Origin: Tubiluchus corallicola
Lineage: Eukaryota; Animalia; Priapulida
Length of the DNA: 64,000 nt
Direction of reading: 5' to 3'
NCBI GenBank assembly: GCA_030141605.1
Contig: JAQGDQ010000064.1
Span: forward strand, 171,618 to 235,617
A program made the position numbers and the translations under genes. Below the pieces are notes generated by a model, which had not been told where the DNA came from, ran no database searches, and was given only the letters and a program-made list of their open reading frames with translations. Positions 51,602-64,000 of the stretch are shown in pieces (within the stretch, counting starts at the first letter, position 1; each line of letters begins with the position of its first letter).

Positions 51602-51898
51602 GAATTGTGCATTGTAAACACGATAAACATGCTCATTACGGCGTTAACAGTGTCCCAAAACGCTTTAACGCAAAAACATTAATGGCCAAATTCATTTTGT
51701 AATAAGGTGCCTTATCCACCGCTCAAAGCAACATGAGAGGAGCCTACCGCGACTTACGGTAGGCAAACCGCAGTAAAAGGAAGATGGCAAATGGATTATC
51801 CGTGTGATAGGGACCATTACTTAGCATACGTTCATTTTTCATGAGGCGGCTTTTTCTCCTCACGGTTTACGCCGTACGAATTGTGTGTGAGACGGGTC
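51341..51898. mobile_element. PIF/Harbinger-type non-autonomous element (MITE)
   Basis: TAA on both flanks (51338-40, 51899-901); TIR GGCCCGTGTCACACA versus reverse complement GACCCGTCTCACACA (13/15); subterminal ggcgtaa / ttacgcc; internal (AT)n at ~51570-51597. Confidence 0.85.
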
Positions 51899-53592
51899 TA
51901 AAGCAAATATGTTCCTATTTGCTACACGGAGATAACTACTTGTTATTTGTTACGGAGGTAAATTTAAAACTTGCACCATGTTAGTTACAAAATTATAAAT
52001 GTGTCATTGTCTGCCATAAGAAACGGGTTATAGCTTCTTCGTAAATAGCTACAATTATTAGTCCGTGGCGTTTTTCTTTTACTTTGCATTCAGCCTACCG
52101 GCTCTTCCTTGCAACCCTGTTGGATCACAAAGCCTTGACTTTGTCTCCCCCCCCCCAAAAAAAATTAACACGTTATACGGTGTTAACTCCGTGAAAGTTT
52201 GCGAACAAGGTTGCTGCTCCACGCATCTTGAGGGGTTCCTACTTGAGAAAGTGGTGTAAGAGACTAATTTGTTCAAATGCAATATTCAACGCCAAGTTAG
52301 TTACTTTGAAAAAACCTATTACAGGAACAGTATATATCATCGTAAATTACTAGCATAAGGCAAGTTTTAAATCAGTAGTTCCCAAATAGGTCTGTATTTG
52401 CTTTCGGTTAGGTTTGTTATTGCAATATTGTAGAAAGAGGTCTTAAGGTCTATAATTAGCATTTTTAATCTAGTAATTACCAAAAGGCTTACTGATGTCT
52501 TATCTTATATACGAGTAAGAATAGGCAGTTTGAACAAGTGGCTTAGCAATTGCTTGTGGCAAAGGGGCAAAGGGGCAAAAAACTTCCAGCACCCTGCCAT
52601 TTTAATGTTTTGATCATTTGTTTGTTGGATGAAGCCACAAATTGCGCACGTTTTTTTGCATCCCCGAGCCTCACTTTCTTTTTTCGACAGGATAAAGTTA
52701 AACGAATTCTTTCTAAGAATCACCCTGAGCATTTTATGTAGTACTGTACCAGAATAACTCTTCTATACGTTGGTCTAAGAAACTGCTCATAACACGAAAC
52801 ATTCAGCTCCAGCATTAAAACATGCAAAAATTATGAAAGATGCAGAACACTACAGTTTTTCGTCGCGGTTCACATATTTACACGTGCTATAATAACTAAT
52901 TATTATAATCTTAATGTCAATAATGATATTAATTAATCTATAATTTTATTTTGGGCTTGTAACACCAGTGCTATAATAATGCCTTTATCTGGCGCAACAT
53001 TTCTCTTGTTTAAAGTTGCACTACCTTCTGTTACTTCAGAATCAATCTGTTATTTCAGTTAATTTTACAAAATCATAACACCATCGTTTAAACAGTATTG
53101 CTGTGCATAACGTGCTGACATTGACGACAACAAATGATAAACGTTATAAGCTGATGACCGTTTAAACAGCATAAGATACTCATGCAAGTTTTTCATAAAT
53201 CTTATCTTCTACTGAGAAAGCTAATTCCGGTAAATCAACGCTCCCACCGCGCGCACACCCGCTGTCGAGCGGAAAACTTTTCAAGAAGCCATGCATGGCG
53301 TACAATGAAGCCAGTCGCTCTAGAGTGGTAATATCATTTGTGCTACTTCAATCACTATTTGCTGATCTCAGTTAGATGGCTGCCTTCAATATGTGTAATA
53401 ACCCAGCCCGGGGCCGCTGCCTTCTTAATTCTTCACATTGTGAACTGTGACAGTAAACTGAAGCCTTTTGTTGGAGCATGTGAAATTTGCTGATGATGTT
53501 GTTTGTCAGGTGTGATTACCACTAGGTTGGAAAGTGATCCAGAAAGCAAACCGTGTTCGCAAGCAGTTTGACAACACTTCTATATTTACCAT

Positions 53593-53977
53593 TTTCATAA
53601 AGGATTATAAACAGTGCTAAGTGAAATAGAGTTCGGAAGCATTATGTCATTATGCGCAACTAATAATTGTGGTTCAACTTAGTAAATACACATTAACGTA
53701 GATTAAAAGGGAGTTAACTTCGGCTAAAGTACTAGCATAAAATTGGATGTAGGCCGTAGTTCTTTTTGAGGATTTTGCTCTTCATAAGGGATTATAAGCC
53801 GTGCAAAGTGAAACAGAGTTCGCAAACATTATACATGTATCACTACGCGTAACAGATAATTCTGATGGGTTCAACTTCAGCAAATACACATTAACGAAGA
53901 TTAAAATCGAGTTAATTTCAGTTAAAGTACCAATATAAAATGGGTTATGGGCCGTAAGTTTTTTGCGTGTTTTGCAC
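53593..53977 (+). repeat. Two-copy diverged tandem duplication (units of ~180 and ~205 bp)
   Basis: Units start ttcataa(a/g)ggattataa at 53593 and 53771 and share aagtgaaa.agagttcg, ggttcaactt, aaatacacattaacg.agattaaaa..gagttaa.ttc, taaagtac and ggccgta. Confidence 0.88.
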
Positions 53978-56900
53978 ACAAAATCATTAGCGCCAATATA
54001 ATGTCATTTGTAAGCTGTCATAAAATGCATCTCGTCTTCATATGAAGAATCATCAATGTCAAATCACAATAGATCATACGCAGTAATTACCTAAAAGTGA
54101 GGTGTCGACTACACTGGTACGCGTGACTAAACATGTAAAGTACAAACGCATCCAAGGCTGTTATGGCGTATGCTCGGTAACGATGACTGATGTTTTATCA
54201 TTTCGCACATTAATTAATGCTAATCTTTCAATTAAAATTCAATGCAGGCTGTATATAGATGAAACATTATGCAGGTATCGGTTACAGCAATCTTGATAGA
54301 ACTTCCCTCTTGAATGACGTGTCACTGTATGCACTCTATAAGATTAAACCAAGTGCTAATCTAATGAAATTTGAATCATTGCATTCAAACTGACGGAAAT
54401 ATGAGAAAGCTTCTTGTTATAATAATGGACAAATAAAAAAATGCTATAACCATAAACTTGGTAAAAATGAGATAACATTTTCTGAATAAAGTATTAATAG
54501 GTAGATTTGGGCATAAAAAGTAAGAACTATTGAGCTCATTATGATAAATGCGTCATAACATCAGGTGTCCAAATATTGTTAAATAAAAAGGCGGGTAATT
54601 TTACAAGATAAAGTTGGCAGAACAATGATTTTGCTGAAACGAACGTGCTTGTGCTTTTAAATAACTATACATGATGAAAACATTACCAAATGCAGTGAAT
54701 CCAAGTTTTACAACACTAATCAGATGATATTTGACTCGCGTTTTGGTTATTTTTTTATTAGAACTCTTCGGCTTTCACAATTCAAGCCTTGAATAGCAAT
54801 AAAGAACTACACGAGAGAGATAATACTATCTATAATGAGCAGCAGAGTCAAAGAAGCGTTTCTTTGAATTCCCAAAGGTTCACAGAGAGACAGAACATTT
54901 CTGTCACGCACAAGTTTTTTCTTACTTTTGTGCAAGTCCCATGAAACCTTAACCGTGAAAGCTTTCGGTTAAAAATTAGCATTTTAATGAACAAATTAGG
55001 AATATATGACAGTGATAGTCTGTTTTGCTTTTGTTTAACAGAAACATTCCTTGCTTACAAAGACAATTTGTCATTCTCAAAAATTACTGGTTTCATCTGT
55101 TCTACACTCTGTTGTCTAAAATACATTGCAGCAAAGGATGAAATCGCGTAAGAGGCACGTTTTGGTTTCTAAAAGGTATTTCTTTCCGGTACAAGCTAAT
55201 GGTTAATGTTTCATGAAGCACTTGTTGACATGCTATGATTTACAACAGCCGTTTTCGCTGAAGCCAAAGCCAGTTGTATAATAAAATCCCTCTTGGCTTC
55301 CCGGTTGAGAATTAGGTCAACAAACACTAATGAATTGTCATCGGCCAACTAAGTGATTAATGTAAAAGTGTAATGTGTATAGGAAATCTGGTGTTTGCTC
55401 ATTAGAGTCATTTATACAGCAACTGCGTGCTAGGACTTTAGTATTAACCACCAGCATTTAGTAGACAATCAGCTATTTCAACAGTAAAACAGGTAAATCA
55501 GCAAATGATGAGTACAGAAGAGCATCTTTCAACTAAAAATAATAGTTATCCTCTTTATAGATGCACGAGAATCTTTCCCGTGAAGAAGGGCAATTTCATC
55601 GCTCCTTATCGATTCCAAGAAACTGTAATATACAGTTGTATCTGCTTCAGAATAAAAGTACTGCCGTGTCTGTGTGTAATGTGTATTTATATATCAGAAC
55701 TGCAGTAGTTTAACGTTGATACTAGAGCTGAAGGTTAAAATAACGTTGCATTCTGCGATCAACACAGGTGCTATTAAACTACAAGAGTTATTGTTCTACT
55801 GTTAATGTGGAAGCCAATAATCTTAGTGAAATTTTGGTAAACAACACTCCAGTGGGCGTTAGCGACTGAAAGTCAGCTATGGTTCCCGATCTTTCTCAAA
55901 ACTGATCCATAATGGTATCAGTGATATAGCAAGCCTACGCCATGTTGATTTGATACTGATGCCTGTGGCTATAGGGTAATACTGCTGATGTTTTTCGTTA
56001 CGACTATGAATCTGATTACAGTTTCGGAAACCCGGCTGCTGCTGTATTCTTGTAATTCAGAGCTTCTAGGTTCAAAGTGTATTTGAAGATGTTAGCTTGG
56101 TTTACAAGACGCGTGTTACGTCATGAAGAAGCTGAGTCTCCAAGGTAGGCATAATAAAGACATATGGCTAGTACTACCTTTAAAGCTTGTGTACCAGTAG
56201 TTAAAGGCCTATGTAAACTACAGACATTGAAGTTTTTTAACGTATTATTATGTTTACACAAATGGTATATAGTTATTATTAAACAGAAAAGTTCACTTTA
56301 GATGTGATTAATAATTAAAAAGCCTATAATTCTTAAAATATATTTTTGGTTCATTAAGGCATCATTGGAAATGAAATGGACAGTTACTTAGACAGTTACT
56401 GGCTTCAGCTCTAAACGAGACATTTAATTTTGAGTTGTGCTGCCAAAAACTACATGTTATTATGCAGGGCCTGCCAAAAATGTCTGACAGAAAAATTGTT
56501 CCGTGAAACTCAATTTTACTTCTGTTCAATATTTTTATACAAAATAAATATTAGCAACAGTTCCATAATTTTGCGTTAAATATTTGGAGAGCTATGGAGT
56601 TGTTTCCACAAGTGGCATACATTATAGTCCGTGTTAAGTCTTGATTGCATTAGTTTAACAATCTGAGACACTACTGCCACAACTACCAACAAATGTCTGT
56701 AAAAAATCTTCAAAGAGTAATGTATCACCGTTATATTTTCCTAAACTAGACAGTTAATATATTGCTCACATGTTTTCTCTCCGATGTGGTTGGTTTTCTA
56801 ATTACACAATAACAAAGTTGCGTAAAAGACTGCATATGCGTTACGTATGGGTTGTGCGTTACCCACCTGCTGAATAGCTGCGTATAAAAATCAATAAAAA

Positions 56901-57695
56901 ATAGCTGCAAAAAAAATAACGCATTTCGCAGGTCTGATAAGCGGGTGCATTGGAAACAATATAAATCGATTTTATCTATTCCGCATCCGCATAACGCAGA
57001 CGCATTCCGTATACCAGGTAAACGCCACTTTACCGTTCGCTATTTACATGCACGGTTTAGCCAGGGACTGTGCGCATTTTTTAAGGGGCCTTAAATGTTT
57101 ATTCGTCATTTGTTTTGGCTACGCGAGCATTTGTCTGCCTTCTCGGCTCTAATTTATGCAACTTTTAAAACAACTTTATATCTAACGTAATATTTTTGCG
57201 AATAGATTTGTTTAGTGTATTACGCTGTCAGTTTGGCTTAATTCATTTAGGCAGACCATGTATATATATAGGCAGTTGCTGTACCACTGCAGTTTTATGG
57301 GTTATAACGATTCTTAGATTTATAATGAATTAGTCATTATGACCATTACATGAATTCGTATAAAGATAGATCAATATAGCAGGCTCAGTCTATTGTAGAC
57401 CTCCGTGTGTGGTCCATTAAGTTAGAGAGCTTTAGTTGGAGGTTGTTCGTGAGGGCTGCACTTCTTTTAAGTTTTTTTGCTGATTCTCTTCGTATATATC
57501 ATGTTTCAGTAAAGCAGCAGAGGTGAAGAGCTTTTTAAGTCCGTCTTGGAAGGTTGTACCTAGTCAGTCACTCTTTGTGTGTTGTTAGTTCTATTCTTCG
57601 TTCTAAATGCGCTAAGGCCTTAATGTGGGAGATTTAGAACTAATCGCCCTCCGTTGCTAAATCTTCTAAAAATGCTGTTTCTGGTTCTAAAAATC

Positions 57696-57958
57696 TAATA
57701 ATAATAATAACAACAATAATAATAATAATCTTTATTTAAAGTCGGCTTTTTAGATGAATAAACAATTAACGTAAGCTCACGAGCTTTTCGCCGACTGTAA
57801 ATAACCATTCTACAACAGAAACTTTTATTACCCCGTGTTACCGTAAATACCACGCACCAGGCAGGACTACAGCAGGTGTCATTTTTAAAGTCTTTGGTAT
57901 GACCCGGTCGCAGTGTCGGACTCACGATCTCCCAGACAGAAAGCGGACTAGACTATAC
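57696..57958 (-). mobile_element. tRNA-derived SINE with conserved core, 3' stem-loop and (TTA)n tail
   Basis: Minus strand: a degenerate tRNA-like head, then cgggtcataccaaagactttaaaaatg...ctgctg...cctgcctgg, a core I recognise from widespread metazoan SINEs (Meta-domain-like, from memory). It ends gtcggc...gccgac stem, AATAAA and (TTA/TTG)n at 57696-57729. Confidence 0.8.
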
Positions 57959-58646
57959 CGTCTGGTGCATCTGGACCTCAAATGCTGGGCAGCATGGACA
58001 ACAATATATAGGTTTCTAATAAAGTAGAGAAATCTGGTAAACAAGTAATATATCTGGCAGTTTTTCTGCTATTGGATAAACCTGGGCCTGTAGCTGCTGT
58101 AAACGATTGTAACAGTCTTGTAGCCAACTTTAGTTTTACCGTTTCCAGTTACATCTACAAAGTGGAACAGATGCCGTGACTTAGTGGCTTCTGCATTGTT
58201 TAATTACACAGCTTACAACAGTAGCAGCATGGTACCATCATAAAACTAATGTGTCAAAATCCGAGACCATGAGTTACAAGTGTTTAGCGTCTGGCAAGCT
58301 GCACAGCCAAATTCCTTTAACAGACGTTTAGCTATTTTTCAGCTTTATAGCAGCTTGTCGGCAGTTTGGAAAACTTGTGATATCACATCGACCACAAATC
58401 CTACATGTTAAGTTTACAGTCTATGTTTTGAGAGCTGCACTTTTAAACAGTTGGCTCTTTTTGAATGCTATATTTTTGAACAATCACGTAACTATAATTT
58501 CTGTAATCGCTGTACGAATTAATTAGCTCTTCTTGCCATATCTAATACTTGTACCCATAATGGCCACGGCCGGCCATTGAAAGTGAATGGTTTAGTACCA
58601 GTACTGATGACCAAAGAATCTGCACCACGAGAATTGACTGTATTTA

Positions 58647-58950
58647 AGATAAGATAAGAATAAGATAAGAAAATATTTATTCAGGATAACTTGATTGAGC
58701 AAAGCTCGTTTACAACAAGGCACGATTGGTACACAGTTTACCAAAAAACGTATATTTTGAACAACAACAACAAAACATGTCAAATTTAGAAGCAGCTCAA
58801 AAAGACGAAATTTAAAAAGCGCAATACAATTAATTAGAATAACACTCTTTAAAAAGCTTTAAGGTGACCTTTAAACAAGTTAATACTGCTACTGCTCCTT
58901 AAATCAGTTGACAAAGAATTCCATACTTTAGCCATAAAAAATAGAATTTA
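58647..58950 (-). mobile_element. 3' end of an L2/CR1-group LINE
   Basis: Minus-strand translation AKVWNSLSTDLRSSSSINLFKGHLK (consensus WNSLP..ir...S...FK..LK), followed by a 3' UTR, AATAAA and (TCTTA)n tail. Confidence 0.7.
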
Positions 58951-59038
58951 ATATTTATGGGAAAATGAATTAATAATTCAGATTTCGGATGAAAAAAGCT
59001 AGATGCTGTTCAAGCTAGATGATGATGAGTAAAAACAT

Positions 59039-59062
59039 ATTATTATTATTATTATTATTATT

Positions 59063-59116
<54 letters not shown>

Positions 59117-59171
59117 ATGAATTTTATTCGCAACTAAAATCGATACAGCGCATGTACGATGATGATGGTAG

Positions 59172-59208
<37 letters not shown>
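59039..59208. repeat. (ATT)n(GTT)n and (AT)n microsatellites
   Basis: 59039-59116 ATT then GTT; 59177-59207 (AT)n. Confidence 0.95.
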
Positions 59209-59213
<5 letters not shown>

Positions 59214-60726
59214 AGATAAAAATATTATAAAAGGATTAATATGCTACGTTTTACATTATATTATAAAAAACAGGGTTATCATCAGAAATAAATTTTAAGC
59301 CTCGTACAAAAATTGCCATAGACTACTACAATTGGCACTTATTCAGCAAAAAATAACGAATTCGTAAGTGTTTACAAATTTAATAAGTTAAAAAAAATTA
59401 AATTTTATTTTGTTTTTGTATATAATATGCGATAAATTATGAACTATAATAAAGCTATATAAATTAATGACTGTATGAAGAAGAAAAAATTACTGACGAA
59501 CATGTAAAATCAAAGAAGAAAGAAAAAATGAACAATCCTCATTCACGTGTTTATATAAAACATATGATATATTTACACTAATCAATCAACAGTTAAGCTG
59601 TAAAGGACCTGTTTTGTTCACCCCTCTCCTCAGTGTTAGATGGAACAGATGTCACATTCATTATTAAACAGTATACTGGCTTCATATTATAAAGCTGATG
59701 TACATTGGACGTTTAGAATACCAGTTTAATGTGTCGGATTAATAATTAGATTAATGTAATCAAGAGCCAGAGGAAAGAGTAATAATGTTATATTCACTGG
59801 ACTGGTTTCACTAAATTGCGCTAAATTTAGCCACTGTTCTTATGTTCCATCGCAATCTTTTTTCAAACAAGGATGTTTTCGTGTTTCGTGACAAGTTAAA
59901 TTATAGAAGTTTTTCAGCAATTGAATTTAAAAATATAGGTCACCTTCCAACCCAGAATAAATCTAAAGCTAAACCGCTTATAAACGTTTTCTGAAGTCGG
60001 AAAGCATAAGTTACGCAGGGCCGGAAGTATTAGAAGAGAAATATGAAAAGAAAATGTTTTGTGTTTGGTTCTTCGACTAGTGTAAAAACACATAATAAAG
60101 CATCTCGCTAAATTTTGAAAGCTGGTGGGACGTACGTCATGTTATAATCTCCAAAATTACTGAAGTACAATAATGCTATTTGATTTTGTTTTATAAGGAA
60201 TATAGTTATTTTGGAGTTTTATTAACATTTAGCTGACGCCGAGCATACATACATGAGAAGATTAGAAAATTATAATTAGAAAGTGAAAAGATTATAATTT
60301 TTTTATTATTACATTTCAGTTTTTTCAAGTTTCTAGCTATTTAGTAATGAAATGTAGCTAAGCGGGTTTGAAAATAACTTTTAGCAGTAACTAGTTGTAT
60401 TTATAACATTGTAAAATTGAACTGAATTAGTTACCTTTTTAGCCATCTTACCCAGCAACTGAGTCAGCAACTTTTTAATAATAGCTTAAATAACACTACA
60501 AATCAAGTTTGATAAATTTACAAATGAGAATCTTGCTGCACAAGCCATTTTGAGAACAGTCTAAAGAGTCTGATTTAGAAGTTTCTTGTTTTGGTCTCGT
60601 CTAAATACGTTCTGGGTAAGGCTTGTGAACATTTCGAGTGTATGGTGTTTTACAAGTTTTTTTTTGTACAAAAAATACCTTGTATGAGTTGTAAGCAAGG
60701 TCAGAGTCTATAAATATTTTGTGAGG

Positions 60727-60730
<4 letters not shown>

Positions 60731-60784
<54 letters not shown>

Positions 60785-60786
60785 CC
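60731..60786. repeat. (CT)n microsatellite
   Basis: Direct inspection. Confidence 0.95.
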
Positions 60787-61140
60787 TATCTTTGTCTCTC
60801 GCGCTTCCTCGCTTTTCATGTTTGTTAAGACCATTACTCTGTCTACAGACTCTAAGCTTCATCTGCTTACTCTCGCATAAGATGTCTTCCTGCCCGCCGA
60901 ACCGATTTGTTTTCGTTTCCTCAACTGTTTGCGTCTGATTCGAGTGACTGTTTAGCATTAGAAAAAATCAATTGAACGTTGCGACCAAAAAACCCAGGGG
61001 CAATAAATAAATAAGCGAGGCGTATAGTTAATCGTTCTAATGTCACGTATAGAAGTGATGCAGAGGATACTGTACTCCAGCCAATTTCCCTCACCGGCTA
61101 GTTGTTGCATATACTGGAAATACGAAAATAGTTAATGAAC

Positions 61141-61545
61141 ACAATACCTCTCACCTACAAAATACTACGTGATTTGGCATCTGCATATCTTACTGATCTT
61201 TTGATTCACCGTAACATAGGCCGAAAACTTCGGTCTAATACTAGTGAATAAATTAATTTACATCAGCCAATTCCTAATAGTATTCTATGGTGAAAAAGCC
61301 TTTTCTGTTTGTGCTCCACATCTCTCTAATAACTTACCTGTTGCTATACCCTCTGCGAATTCATTACGTTCTTTTAAACTTAAAACAAGTCCATTTAGAT
61401 TGCAGTTTTTATGATGAATTATTTTTTTAATGTCTTTTAATTCTTATATATCTTATGAATTTTAAGTGAATTTTATTGTTCAGCGTGCTGAGATTTTTAA
61501 TAATGTAGTGCTCTACATAAATAAATTTTACATTTATTACATTTT
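61141..61545 (+). mobile_element. 3' end of an L2-clade LINE
   Basis: Translation LTYKILRDLASAYLTDLL...RKLRS...FYGEKAFSVCAPHLSNNLPVAI.SANSLRSFK matches the L2 C-terminal consensus (TYKALHGLAPSYL..LL...LRS...YGDRAFSVAAP.LWN.LP). 3' cagcgtgctgag...gtgctctacataaat stem-loop remnant and a short ACATT-type tail. Confidence 0.85.
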
Positions 61546-64000
61546 ACCGTTTCAAGTAAATTTATTCATAAAACAAGCCCAGTTGGGAAAACAAAGAACA
61601 CAAAAATATTAAATAATCTTTTATCACAATACAAAAAAAGTTTACATAAACATGTAAAGGTCCATAAACTTATTCTGTGTTTCTGGCAAAGTAAAAAACA
61701 TCAAAACATCATACGAGTATAATCTGTGCAAGATAGACTTGTTTTCAAATTCTTAATAGTAAGAACGATATCCGTTGGATAAATATTACGCAATACGTAA
61801 AATTTGCTGATATTATGGAATGAAGACAAGTTAATGTTTAAAAGTCATAAAATATTTAATTTATGAAATTGCACTAAATTCAGTATAGTATGTAAAATAA
61901 ATTTTAAATATCTGTGTCAAGTCTAGTTACCAATTTCGATGACAGGAACGTAATCACAGGCAGGGTTCATTTTTAGTCTAAAAAGTAGAAAATGAAGACA
62001 ATAGAGAAATTTGCCAAAATTTTCAATAAATATTATGCGAAAAAAGCTGATTTTGCAGTATGATATTGCTTTGTCTACTCTGCTATTTTGGAGAACACTC
62101 TTTCGCATATTTTTAGAATAGAACTGTGCACATTTTCGATATAACTGTATTCGTACGCGATTACATACGTACTTGTATACAGCTACGCGATAAATGCGTA
62201 TCTTTCGCATTACGCCTTAGCTTTATGCTTGATTCGCGTGCAGGTATTTGTATATCAACTCTGTTTACCTTTCGATGAAGATCTGTTTCCCTGAAACGTA
62301 ACTTGGCTTCTTTATAATGGTTTCCGCCACGTACAGCAAGTAGCTGCCACTGAGCGCAAGTGTAATAACTCTTGACATCCGATCATTCAACAAAAATTTC
62401 ACAAACTTATCTTTAGTACAGGGATAAAAATGAAACATATTCCTGAGCATCCTCAGCCAGGGCATTTTATTTACAGCTGGTGCATGCATGGCGAATCCAC
62501 GATTTGTAGAAACATCTTTTGGCCATTTTTCCAGTTTCTTTTGAACCGTTTCAGTATTAACAATAAAATATTCGAAATTGTTGTCTGTTACAAATCTCTC
62601 AAGGCTTTCTCATTAATTAATGTTACGATAAAAAAAATTTCCTGTAAAAATTGGATGCTGTACTAAACGTTCTTCCTCCTGTTTTATCACCATTGTGCCT
62701 CTCTCTCTCTCTCTCTCTCAGAGGCTGAAAATAGGGCTAGCGAAAATAAACCCGTGACCCCAAAACATTGCATATTGTTTCTGCAGTGCCAGCCTGTGCT
62801 TTTCTTGGAACTACCAAGGCGATAGCTTAAAAGCTTAAATTTTTCTATTACTCATTTGCAAGCCAAAAAATAGGAATTATCATACACAAATAAAATTGTA
62901 CATGTATGTAACACTTAGTTAAGTTTCAACAACAAGCCTAATACCCTCTGTAATCATCATCATGTGATTGCCTAATTTGCCAAATACACAAGTGTTATGC
63001 AAACCGGATTGTTCGCAATAAACAAATAAACCAATTTTTGTGTTAGCTCGCAGACATATATGCAATCTAATTATGAAGAGAATTAGAACATTAAAAACAG
63101 AAATTAATTAAAGAGTATTTACATAAATGACATACATTAAAACTTAATTGCCGCGGGCGAAAATATTAGGACCCATGTAAAATCTAGATAGTGCTTGTTT
63201 CTTGTGCAAAGCTTGTGTCCAAGGCGCTGACTATCTGAGAAAGAATGACTGAAGGCGCTTTCGCAATCATAATTCTTTCACATAATACTTTGTTTCTAAA
63301 ATACATATTTCACGCTTTCAATGTTTCATACGTTAGGCCATTTCACATGTTTTACGCACATTGAAAAATGCTCTAGCAACTACCGTACGTTTTTCTTTTT
63401 GTCGATCGGTGGCGCCACTTATAATGCGTACACTATTTCGCATCCTTATCACAATGCGTACATCACAATACTCATTATAGCAATCTACACAAGTCGTTGA
63501 AATAAAAGGGGTTTGAGTATCCTTATGTAAGACTTGTAAGGGTCGTATCCTATCCCACCTTCTGGTATTAGCAAATTGCAAGTAAAACCAGGTAGTGCAA
63601 AAATCATTTGCGAATTCCGGCCAGTTATAATAAGCCAATAAATTTTGTAGCCGCCTACTTTTAGCGGGTAATAACTTTTGGAAACGTAAAATCTAATTTT
63701 GATTATTTGTAGATTTCTTTTCTTGGTGTATATGATCCTCGTATTGCTTGGAGGTTTTATTTAGCTTCAGTGATTCTCTATAAATTGCTTGTGGAAGAAC
63801 AAAAAAATGTAGAAATAATTATGTACGTGTAGATTAGTCCTATGTAACCAGTTGTTTGATTATGAATTGTGCATTTAAGTTACACCTACTGTCCCAGCTG
63901 AATGTTATTTTTATCTACGACAACCTTATATATATATAGCTATATTATAAATCAATATATATATATATATATTGATTTATAATATAGCTATATATATATA

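Noticed and set aside
63333-63638. 101-aa minus-strand ORF
   Set aside because: Non-ATG start, no recognisable domain or splice context; length is compatible with chance.

Overview
AT-rich (roughly one-third GC by eye) eukaryotic, most likely invertebrate animal, genomic DNA. I find no intact protein-coding gene, rRNA, intact tRNA or CRISPR array. Nearly all ORFs in the track are chance or microsatellite-derived. The window reads as intergenic DNA or a very large intron, filled with old transposon debris. Retroelement debris: two 5'-truncated RTE-X-like LINE reverse-transcriptase fragments, L2/CR1-group 3' ends, a tRNA-derived SINE and tandem degenerate tRNA-like units. DNA-transposon debris: an internally deleted Tc1/mariner with TA target duplication, a PIF/Harbinger-type MITE with TAA duplication, probable hAT relics (dimerisation domain, BED finger), and many MITE/foldback inverted repeats, some carrying telomere-like (CCCTAA)n cores. 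There are also compound microsatellites, local tandem duplications and a degenerate ~47-bp minisatellite. I do not see convincing evidence of a new biological system. The best leads are an unassigned decayed coding block (15.4-16.3 kb), telomere-repeat-cored MITEs, a near-perfect miRNA-sized hairpin, and one well-bounded candidate minus-strand exon. Family assignments come from motif recognition only; no searches were run.
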